This document shows, piece by piece, positions 12,301-24,300 of a stretch of 64,000 nucleotides of DNA. The stretch lies in the NCBI RefSeq assembly GCF_052425735.1, contig NC_135763.1:14632001-14696000 (forward strand). Reading direction: 5' to 3'. Below the pieces are notes generated by a model. That model worked only from the letters and a program-made list of their open reading frames with translations, was not told the DNA's origin and made no database searches. Position 1 is the first letter of the stretch. The number at the start of each line of letters is the position of its first letter. The stretch is from Oculina patagonica (Eukaryota). The translations under genes and the position numbers were made by a program.

Positions 12301-15300
12301 AAACGCCTGCACTGCAGGCTAGTTTTACCCAGGAAATTTCATTTAATGCATGAATAGTGAAAAAGTGAAAGAGGCTTTAAGTGCCAAGGCAGGGAGAATA
12401 CATGAAGCAGTGTAGTGGACCAGTCCAAGATTGTCCTTTTTTCCTCTAGTCTCCCGCAAACTCAAACCTTTTTTGATACCCTCCAGGTCATTTTTTTTTT
12501 ACTGATTTTACCCATGATAACTCAAATTGAACCTTTTCAATTTTCTTTGAAGGTTCAAATTATCAGGATTCAGCTCTATTCATGTCTTGTACATTCTTCT
12601 TACCCTGGGGGGTATAAATAGATACAATCTAGTTATTTACTGGAAAATGCCTGGTAAATTTGCTGGGGTAGCCTGTGATTAACCCTAGTGCCCCACCCAT
12701 CTTGTCACTTCATGCCCCAAAGCCTGAGCCACTGGGCTTGGTAGCAGATTTTGTTTTTGAAGAAGAAAGATACGGTTATATATCTGGCATATCTTGGATG
12801 GTGGAAAGGGTAATATGCAAAGTAAATAATGTACATGTGTGTCTGTATTTCCAGTAAATTTGTGAATTATATTAAACAGTTTTCCTTTTTATTTTCTTTA
12901 GAAAGGGAAAGCATCAACATCCTTTGTATACTCAGTGCTCAACTTGTATACATCGGTTAGAACTGAAAATATCAAGAATGATGCTAAGCAACTTCTACAA
13001 AAGGTACGTTATGAGGAAAAAACGTTGTGTTCTAAAATACTAAATAAAATGCAAGTTCTTACAGATAAAAAATATATTCCTTGATGTAAGCACTCAAAAA
13101 ATGTTATTGCAATGTTTAATTTCATCAGTGGAGTGACGTGCTAAGTTGCTTGATCAACAGACAGACATGTTGATGGTTGAAAGAAGAGAGAGGGGGGATA
13201 AACTGGCAGACTGACTGACTGACTGACTGATGGGCAGACTGAAAGACTAAGGTTTTATTGCTAAACGGATGGACCACCAACTGACTGACCAATGAACTGA
13301 GTGATGGCAGTAATGATGATGTGTTTTGGAGGAATAAAAAGAGAGATTTTCAAGTATTACTTTATAAGCTGTGCTTAAATCTGGGCATGGTTTGTTAAGG
13401 CATTGTGTTATCAAAACGCAAATGAGTTTAGGGATCCAAGTCCAGAAGTCTCTGCATATTCATGTCTTTTGATATTTTTCACAGCTTCTTGGTGAAACAG
13501 GACTAGTCAACAGCAATACCCATTCCAATGAAGTAGAAATTTGGCTGAGTCATCTGTGCCACAGCCGAATATATGAAGGACACAGGGAGACACTTCTAAT
13601 GTTTTTAGATGAAGTATTCACTGCAGTTGCTGCTGAGCCCTATGTGTACACAGACATTGCAGTTGACATGCAGACTGAAGCAGTTGCACAAGAAGCAAGT
13701 GTGGCACAGTCTGGCATGGACTCTACAGAATGGAACTGGTCCTCTGATGCAAGGTTTGACTTGAATTGCCATAACATAAGTTAACCCAACAGTGGTAGAA
13801 ATAGAAATGCCGCCATCCAACCGGGTTTCCATTACATGACTAAGACAAATAACTGAAACCAGCCAATCATTGCTTTATTGCTGACCAGTGTAATATTATT
13901 TTTCTAAGTATTGGACTGGGCTGAATTATCAAGTAGTGTACATGTTGTAATTCTCTTATTAACCAAGCTTGCAGGTCTGTACTGGGATAATAACATTCCA
14001 TGGTCTTTTCTTTAGTGACCTTGCTGGATTTCGATCTACATGTATGTGTATACCATCAAATACCTATGGCTGATATTTTCCCTGTGCCGCTGTCATGCTT
14101 GTGTAATAAAATTATATTTTTTTAAATCTTTAATCTTTAATGTACTCTTGGACTTACATGAAGATTAATACAATTAATAAATACAACTAATTAAATTAAT
14201 ACAATTAAGGGTAATATTAATCTATTGAAACAGATGCTCGTTTTCATTTTGTTTTCTTGAAAGAAATGGTGGAATAGTGAATTACAGATACAAAACTGAT
14301 TGTGATTTGATTTTGTTCCAGTGTGCCAGTTAGTCTACTGCTTGTTGGAGCTTTAAAGCAGTATTCTCAGATGGTCTCCAAGGTTACTGATTCAGACAAA
14401 AAGGCAGCCCTGGGTAGTCTAGGTGGGTACAATCAGTGTTCAATCAATCAATCATGTTAGGGGTGCAGTGGAGAATTGTTGTGATATGGAAGTCTTCAAC
14501 TAATACAATGTATGATACAGAGTTTGTGCATTGGGACTTGGAAGTGTTTTACTAACATTAGTTATGTAATGTTTAATAAATGAGCAGCAGTGTTTTATCA
14601 AGTTTAAAAGACTTGATAAAACACGAATGTGAATTTGTTGAATGGCTTAAAACTCTTCTGATGTAGATCAACTCATTCTTGCACTAATATTTACATTTGG
14701 GGTTATTTTGGCCTAGAAAATTGGACGTACTGTAAAGTTTAGCCCTGTCTTTATCAGATATAAAGACACTCATTAAACATTAGTTTCCTTTGTATTTTCT
14801 TTATGAATTATTAATGAGTTTTTTAAAAGCATAATAATTTATACGTGTACTAAAGACTAGTCACAGAATCCGCAAGAGGAAAAGAAAAAATATCTAGGAC
14901 TGAATAGTTCTTCTAAAATATTTTAATTATTTTTTTACTGCACCATGCATATAGAGACCAATTACATGTACTATCAAAGGCAAGTACTTTCATTTGTAAC
15001 TTTTTTACATCAGTTTTTCCCTTGATTTCAGATTGCATATCCCGATACATGAACTGTGTGATCTTTGATATGATTCACAGTGCACTGAACCCAACCACTC
15101 TGTGCTTTGCTGTGTTTCATTATTATGGTAGCATTGAAGTGCCAGAACATTTGACTGCCATAAGAACTTTGCACAAAGCCTTGCTACAGTATGTGAGCTA
15201 CTGGCTGCCTGCTTCGATACAAGTTCAAAGCATAATTGGTTGTTTAAAGGTATTAAATAGAATGTACTTGTTGTTTCTTCCCCTTAAAGTTACAAATGTT

Positions 15301-18300
15301 AACAAAGTCACAGGGTGATCTTTCTTTCTTTCCTTGTTATAATTATTTAGAAAACATTTCTGATTTTGTTTTTGCACTTCTGTCTTCCTGAAAAAGATAA
15401 GCTTGTAAATTAGGCTGTTATCGTTCATACAAAGAAAGCACTGTAGATGTCATGTGACAGTCAGTAGGACAAATCAAAATGTGAATTATTTTTTTTAAAT
15501 GTTGTTGCCTCACTTTTGTTGTATTCCTATTCTGTAACAGTTTTGTAAAAGAAATAAAACCTTGCACTTGAATGGGCAAGAGCAAGGGGTAGCGAATGGT
15601 CTGATATTCACTAACATGCCAAGACCCTGTTCAAAAAATCTGAGACTGAGACTTCACAAATACTAGACTACCAGACAAAAATAAATACACACAAACTAGA
15701 CTACATGACTCATCACAAAGGCTTCTAAGATTTCAAGATGAGTTCAGAAGATTCCAAGATCCATGATTTTCTTGGTACCATTCGACACCCCTTGAGTATA
15801 AATGTGGAAAAACTGAAGTTTTATTCCTTGATTAGTCGGTTAAGTATGTTGTTATATAAAAAGTAATCATAATGTTATCTGACACTCACTTTTTTACTGC
15901 ATTTTAAATTATTGCATATTTGCCAGGAACAACCAAAGGGCAGTGACAAAAGCTTGATGGAGCTGCACAGCTTTTTGGACGGGACTACTGTGCACAGTAA
16001 ACAAGGTAATAAACTCTTTATTGTCACCATAGCAGTGAGTTGCACAGATGTACATGTAAGTCTGAGGTGTTTCAATATGCCAGCAGGCGAGATCTGTTGG
16101 CATGCAATAGCCTCGGAAATAAAAATGAGATGTGTGAGTCGTCACTGTGAAAATAACAACAGTGCTGAGCGATTCATCTCAGATATTTTGAAAATGGAAG
16201 TACATTTTTACTGCTTAACTACTTTAGATACTGGAAAACATTTTTTTATCATACATTTAAGTTATATGTACATGCTGTGTTTTTTTTTGTGGAGGCAGAG
16301 TGTCATTCTGACCATCTCCAGTTTTACACTGGTTTTAAACTGAATGGTCAGAAGTAAAACATTGGACAGTGACAGGAATAGATTAAAACATCCAAACTTT
16401 GAAATCGTTTTTTACTTAATACAGTATACAATAAGGAGCCAATGTTAGCAAGTGACTGTTTTTCAGAGACCCAGTTATTTTTAATGTTATTGGAAAGAGA
16501 TTTACCAAAACCCTTAAAATTTATAAATATTTAGTTGAGTTTATGACTTATGCAAAATCTGGTAATCTTATGCAAAATCTAGTAAATCTAGTAGGCATAA
16601 CCACACAAAAACACTAAATACCAAACAGTGAAAAAGAACACGCAATAGCCATGTTTTTAAGTATAGGATACCAAAAGTATCAAAGGACGTTTTTAAGAGT
16701 GTGTCCATAAGAGGACCAGGCAACATGTGATACAGCTCATGTCACCGATTTCGCCCAAACTTAGCATAAATGTTGGGTATGGTGAGCTATTTACTGTGGC
16801 AAAACATCAACTCAAAATATATTATTCCCTTCAAGTTATGGCACCTTTTGAAAAAATGGCCATTTTTCACTAATTTATGCATATTTAATTAGCTGACTTT
16901 GATTGACCAGTTCCACAAGATAAAAAGACTTCTGAAAATAAAATTCACTGCGTTATATTCTGTGGTTATTAGGCTTTAAGTACAATAACTCACTTCAACC
17001 GTCTGATTTGATTTCTTCTCCTCAAACGGTCTTTTGGAAGGTACACATTTCGTACTGTTGGAAATAGCCTTTAACTAGTGCCCAATATCTCCCATGAGCA
17101 ACAACTTATATACATTATTCTTACATGGGTAATGAAATCCATCATTAAACTTCACAAAAATGCCACAAAATGTCTGGGGACTTTAATATTCTATTAGTAT
17201 TGAGGAACTAAACACACGTGACTTAACGATTTCTTGCTATTTCATCAAAATTCACCGAAACACAGAAGCCATTTATTTGCCTCAATTTGGCATAAAATCG
17301 GTACGAAATAGCTAATCAAGCATAAATCTATAGATAACAATCAAAATATTGGCGAAGATTGGCAGTTAGGGCATTTTTCGGAGCGTTTTCAGAGCCATAT
17401 AATTCGGCAATGTTGTGATAGTAAATGTAAAAATAGCAGCGAAAGATTTTCTTCAAAAGCTCGCTCAATTCAACATTTAGGCACATCAAAGTTAAGAAAC
17501 AAGAAAGTAATACTACATACATGCCACTTATCGACACACAGATGCTTTCTTTTGAAGAATTTGTTCTTCCTCGCTGCACTTCGATCCTTCGATCGATCTC
17601 AATTGACACGTACTGTTGCTTTGAGGCGCGCTGAACTTAGCCAATACATCGTGGTTCATTCTTCGTGAAAGGTGTAAACAGGTTGTCAATAAAGTCATTC
17701 AAAGAGCTGTTCAAAGTTCACGGAAGGACACTTTTCTCAGCCAGTTTGCATGAAATAAATTTAACTGGAAAATAAACAGCCGCCATGTTGTATTTCTACC
17801 TTTGAGCCTGCCGTTTCAGTCAGCGGTACGGGCGTTCACTGGGGCAAGTACGTAGTGTAGTCATCATATAGTTGTTTGACTAAATCCTATATAGGGATAT
17901 TCATAAAAGGGATACCGTATTTTCTCAATTAAACGCCCCCGGCGTTTATTTCAAACTTGGCTTCGTGCATCCGGCGTTTATTTGAATGGTGCAGTTTATT
18001 CGAACAAAATGTGTATTACGCAAGGGCTTTTAATCATTATTTGTGACATGAATGTATCTTGCGATTGTACCTGAAGCATGTAACACCTCGAATTAATACC
18101 TGAAAGGCTTATTCACCACTCCACCTTGGAGACCCGGCGTTTATTCGGGGCCCGGCGTTTAATCGAGAAAATACGGTACATAGCCTAGCCCTACACAGCT
18201 ATACACGCCTATACATAGCCCAACACAGCTATACACAGCTATACACACGCGTGTTCATTTGCTTTTCCTCCGCAAATGTTTGTTTTTGTCGGAATAAGTA

Positions 18301-21300
18301 GCGGATGGCGTTATCTACCCTCTGAACAACCGGGGCTTGATCTTAAACTTATAAGTAGTGTGCGTTTCTTGTAAAAGTGAGAATTTTTTTTCAACTTCTC
18401 CATTGAATTTTTTTGATAAATAGTTGAAGAGAAATACACTGGATGCAGTGTAATGTATGCGATGCAATCGGTTTTGATGCTCTGAAATTGAGCTCTGAAA
18501 TGTCGGAAACCATTAAATAATCAGAGCAAGTTTTTCCATCTTATATCAGGTTAAAACTAGTATGTTTATTGTTTTTTTGTTTCTGTCTTTTTTGGGAGGT
18601 GGGGGAGGGGGTGAATATGGACATTCGAAGAAATGGCGGTCAGGTTGTTAGCCTGGCCTGTGTACATCTATTCCTTCTGTTCAAATCGTCTATATTATAT
18701 TACACTTTGGTAGCTAGGAGACTGAATTTGTACCCACTCTCTTTTTCGGGATCCCACAAAGTTCTCCATCTGTCCATTTACCGATAAACGTCATTACTGC
18801 AGTTTTGTTTTAGAAAAGGGCTTTTATGGGGACAAATTTTTCCTCTTGAGTGCCCACATTGCAAGTGACGAATTGCGGCTTCAAATGATAATTTTCTTCA
18901 TCACCGACTCAATTTAAGTGGCTATGTGAGTTACAAAGACGCGAATGCAGACTTTTGTAGAGTGCTTAAACCCCGCATTAAAACTAAACAAATTTATTGC
19001 AAGACTAGGACTACGCAAGACGGCCAAACTTATTAGCTAATGTTTCAACCAGCACAGGTAGTCTTCTGTCTTTTTCGAGGTCAACGCGAGGAAAACCCGT
19101 TTTATTCTTTGTTGTTTTCTCTCTCTACATTCACACCTTTATAGATATATGTATATATTTGCTGCGCCATATAGACTGCGTCGCTAAAGGCATTTCGTAC
19201 GTGAATACTTTGTTCAGTTCAGCACAGACGCTCCCCCAACTAAAGCACTTGCGCAAGAAACGATTACAAAACCTACCTCGCTATCCACCGTATAGTGATT
19301 TATCCCGTGGTAAACGTTATTCTCCAATTTTGCTGAGTTATTCATTTTTCCCCATTTATGCCCCAGGGGTAGGGGAATTTGGTCAAAAAATGTAATCGTT
19401 ATGCGCGGTATTAATCACTATTTCCGCCAGGGGAGGGGAATTTGAACAAGCTATAAAAAAAATACAAATGTCTGAAAAGTAACTGGGAGACGTTGACATT
19501 TTGATTTGTTTAACTGTGTAGCGTCTTTTATGCTAAAAATAATTGTTTATGCTCCAAAATGACGCTAAATGGCGGTATAAAACTGCTCCGACGTTTCGGC
19601 AATACTGCCTTCTTCAGGGTGCCACCCCAAAAAAGGCAGTATTGTCGAGACGTCGGAGCAGTTTTATACCGCCATTTAGCGTCATTTTGGAACATAAACA
19701 ATTATTTTGATTTGGTTGCCGTGCATGCCGACCGTTGAACAGAAAAATCAAGAACTCTGTTTCGGTGAAAGTCAAATGGAACAGTTTTTTTTCTGGAAAA
19801 TCTCTTTGGAAATTGACGGAACGTCAGAAATTTTCTTACCATTTGTAAGGTTTCCCAGTTCTAGTCTCTCATCCTTCAAGTCTCCCACCAACGGAAAGAA
19901 ATAACAGGAAACTGAGCTACAAATGGTAAGCGACATCTATTTCGGTTAGTTTGCTAATTTTGGAAAGAAGCCTTTCCATTTTTCAGTGGTCATTCCAACC
20001 GGTTCTCTCCAACAAATGGTAAGCACCCTAGAGTTCGTTCAGCATCACATTGCGGTAAACACTTGGAGCTGTAGCGTAGGAAATTGTTTTCCCTACGACA
20101 ATTTGAAAATATTTTCATTTTCATCACAAACGCATCCAACGAACACTCGCGGAGGAAAAGCAAATGATCGCGCGTGTGGTCACGCGTGATGGACGCGTGA
20201 TACCCAGTGAACGGCCGTACCGCTGACTGAAACGGCAGGCTCAAAGGTAGAAATTCAACATGGCGGCTGTTTATTTTCCAGTTAAATTTATTTCATGCAA
20301 ACTGGCTGAGACAAGTGTCCTTCCGTGAACTTTGAACAGCTCTTTGAATGACTTTATTGACATCCTGTTTACACCTTTCACGAAGGATGAACCACGATGG
20401 ATTGACTAAGTTCAGCGCGCCTCAAAGCAACAGTACATGTCAATTGAGATCGATCGAAGAATCGAAGTGCAGCGAGGAAGAACAAATTCTTCAAAAGAAA
20501 GCATCTGTGTGTCGATAAGTGGCATGTATGTAGTATTACTTTCTTGTTTCTTAACTTTGATGTGCCTAATGTTGAATTGAGCGAGCTTTTGAAGAAAATC
20601 TTTCGCTGCTATTTTTACATTTGCTATCACAACATTGCCGAATTATAAGCTTATGGTTCTGAAAACGCTCCGAAAAATGTCCTAACTGCCTTTTCTTCGC
20701 CAATATTTTGATTGTTATCTATAGATTTATGCTTGATTAGCTATTTCGTACCGATTTTATGCCAAATTGAGGCAAATAAATGGCTTTTGTGTTTCGGTGA
20801 ATTTTGATGAAATAGCAAGAAATCGTTAAGTCACGTGTGTTTAGTTCCTCAATACTAATAGAATATTAAAGTCCCCAGACATTTTGTGGCATTTTTGTGA
20901 AGTTTAATGATGGATTTCATTACCCATGTAAGAATAATGTATATAAGTTGTTGCTCATGGGAGATATTGGGCACTAGTTAAAGGCTATTTCCAACAGTAC
21001 GAAATGTGTACCTTCCAAAAGACCGTTTGAGGAGAAGAAATCAAATCGGACGGTTGAAGGGAATTATTGTACTTAAAGCCTAATAACCAAAGAATATAGT
21101 GCAGTGAATTTTATTTTCAGAAGTCTTTTTTTCTTGTGGAACTGGTCAATCAAAGTCAGCTAATTAAATATGCATAAATTAGTGAAAAATGGCCATTTTT
21201 TCAAAAGGTGCCATAACTTGAAGGGAATAAAATATTTTGAGTTAATGTTTTGCCACAGTAAATAGCTCACCATACCCAACATTTATGCTAAGTTTGGGCG

Positions 21301-24300
21301 AAATCGGTGATATGAGCTGTATCACTTGTTACCTGGTTCTGCCCTGTTCTCTCACGGGCACACTCTTAAGTTTTCTTTTTTTCATAGATCAATAACAGAG
21401 TGGAACTTACAGCCCACTGACTTAGTGAATTGCAAGCCATTATCTGATTTTAAATTAAATTTAGGGAAGCATGTGAAATAAGTAATAAAAGTAAATTGTA
21501 ATTGCAAATTAGTTATTCCACATGGATATGGTAGTCTTACATTGCCATCTTTGTTGTTCCCAAACGTGTCCGTGAAAGGGGAAAATTGAAGCTGTTGTCA
21601 ATCTCTAGGTAAATTAAAAAAGCTCAAGAGGTCACTCTAGGTCAGTTACTAGTTTCTTCGCGATCACAGTATTATTTTGTTCGTTTGTTGTTCGCAGAGA
21701 AAGAAACAGCATTGACAGACTTGTATCGTCATCTAGAGCCCCTAAATGAAGTGCAGCTCAAGACTGTTATTGTTGACAGTGTAGACTTTTGCAAGCACCA
21801 ACTTTCAGAGGATTTCTCACCTCTTGTCCAAGTTTTGCAAGTCAAGAATTACAGAATCACAGGTGATCAAATAAACATGAATTAGTTTCCAAATTCTTCA
21901 CTTGATAGTTGTTGTCTACAGCCTGAGTTAGAATGAATTTGGTGGTGGCTCCGTAGTTATTCCAGGCGCACTCGTCGATGTCAAACTTTGCGTCATAACT
22001 TTTTCGGCTTTAGCGCGATGGCTATGAAACTTTGGGAAAACTTTCGCCTATCATTCAGTAATGATATAATTTAATTTGATTTCACTGGTGAAAATTATTT
22101 TCAATGTTACTGGCGTTTAACTGGACCCCACTTTTTGGACAAAATCGAGTCCAGTAAAAAAAATTGCTGATATATTTTTACTAAATTTCTAGAATCATCT
22201 TATATTCACTTAAAACACACCATTTTTTGATGTTGTTATCTGACTTAAAATAAATTTTAATTAAAACAAGAAACAAAAAACAGACTGTTCGCCCCATTGG
22301 TCACAAAGCCTTTTTCTCCCATACTATCGAATGTGTAACCTATTTTTGTGAATGTTTTTGTCTTTTATTTTAAAGGTTCTACAGACGCTGAAAACATCGC
22401 TTCTTTGTTACAAACCCTTCCATTTAATGCTCTCCTGTGGCAGGTACTTGGAGAAGCTATTCAAAGTACAAATAAAACAACTGCAAATGAGGCACAGCTA
22501 ACGACGCAACTGGAAACTTCTTCCCTTGAGAACAACACTTCAAGCTTTCTTCACAATTCATGGATGCAGAGTCTGTTATTGTCTACCTTAGAAAAGGAAC
22601 CTTTGTCGAGGACTGTTCCACTCTGCTGTCATCTCCTGCTGTATCTGCGTTCACTCAAAACAAAACTTGTGACTGTTTCTAGCTCAGCTGAACAAGGCAG
22701 ACTGCAGTATGCAATACAGCTATGCTTTCAGTTGATTCAGTATCTGTTGCAGCGGTTAGTGTTGTTCCAGCAAAAAGAAGACAAAGGCGAGAGAAATGAA
22801 GTTGAAGAGATACTAACTGATGAACATGGTATGTTTTCCCACAAACCTGACAAACAGGGATTGGATCACATGGAAGACATGTGCTGTACTGTTCTTCATC
22901 ATCCTGTGATCCTAAACTGCTTTCTGTGGAAAACAGAGCAGCCTCTGTCTCGGGACATTTCCCATGATGCAGGCGTTGAGTTGACGTATAATGTGGCTAA
23001 CCTTCTGTTAGCTGTACTGCCAAGCCTAACATTGCAACAGAAGAAGATTCTGATGGGACCTTTTGTCAACAAGCTATGCAGTGATGGGAAGCTGGAAATT
23101 CGAACTGCACAAAATGGAACTGGTAAGTGGGATTAGATTAGAATCTGAAGCCATTCTCAACTGCTCTCTCCTGGGAACGGTCTGGTGTGCCACACAGTTT
23201 TGACAGTTTTTTGAATTGAGAAGTGTTAATGTTGCCTAATTGTGCTGAGTGTCGTGAATGTCATGAAAATGCTGAGTGGCATTATCACTTGCCCCCGTCC
23301 TTTGACATGATTGGCATGTGCTCCTTATCAGTTTTTTTTTTCCATTCATTGATAGTGGCTATGGTCGAGTCACATTTCAACTTTTCAGTTAAGTAATTTT
23401 AAAAACAGTTGAAAAAAATTCTGATAACTTATTCGAGTCTTGTTCCATATTTTTTTCTTTTTTATAGTGGTGCCATCATCTCAAGTTCTTTATCTACTTG
23501 GCCTCTTTCATGATTTCTGTGACAAAGAACACAAAGCAGAATTCATTTCAAGTTTGGCCCAACTTCCTTCCAACATGCTAGTTACAACTGAACCTGTATC
23601 TAAAGAGACAATGCCATCTGTGTTTCTGGTTACTCTGCTAATGTTGCTTGAAGGAGAACCGCTTGGTGAGCGTGATGAAGAAAAGCTTTCACATTCATCA
23701 TCTGCACTGTTAAGAGACGCGGTTCCAGTTAAGACAGAGGAGCCACTTTCTGTGTTGCATTTCAAGCAGCTGATCAAGATTTCTGAGGATGTGAACTGTC
23801 CACAGTTGGATTCCACTATATTAAAACTATTGCAGAAGTCTTTGCTGTATGTGCTTGCCTCAACAACTTCTCTTCTAGATGCGTGTCTCAACCATCCAAC
23901 AGAAATCAAGGTTTCTGTTGCAGCATATTTAGTTGTACATTCCCCAGCACTGCGGTCACATTTTGAAACGCGCTGTTTGAGTGCACCAAAAACAAAGAAG
24001 GTGAAAACTCAAGACAAGCCCTCGTCAACTGTTGCAATAGAATTCGAGAATCATCTGATAGAATACCTTCCTCTCGTATCATCATACTTGATTTGTATCC
24101 AAGGAATGAAGGAAGGAACTTTAGGTAGGTAATATTTTGTGCAATATTGTGTAATATTGTCTCCGTACGATGTTAAAAACTGGTTTCAACAAGGATGAAA
24201 TTTAGTTGCTGCGGCCCTGTGGTTGTGCACTGTACCCTTAAGGGGTGGGAGAGGGAGGTGGGTCGGGTCCTTCTTAACTACAGATTCAGAGTAGTTGCTA

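Larger units (their letters stand above)
16697..21365. mobile_element. Foldback-type non-autonomous DNA transposon with ~1.15-kb inverted arms (Kolobok-like termini)
   Basis: 16697-17843 is a highly similar reverse complement of 20203-21365. TTAA flanks both ends (16693-16696, 21366-21369). Termini are GAGTGTG...CACACTC. No transposase ORF is visible. Confidence 0.85.

Noticed and set aside
17328-20630. ORFs in the foldback arms as a transposase
   Set aside because: They are short, do not correspond in orientation between arms and show no DDE or THAP motif.
23508-23909. Antisense ORFs over coding exons (also 35241-35477, 46908-47126 and 54704-54913)
   Set aside because: These are shadows of sense-strand coding sequence with no independent support.
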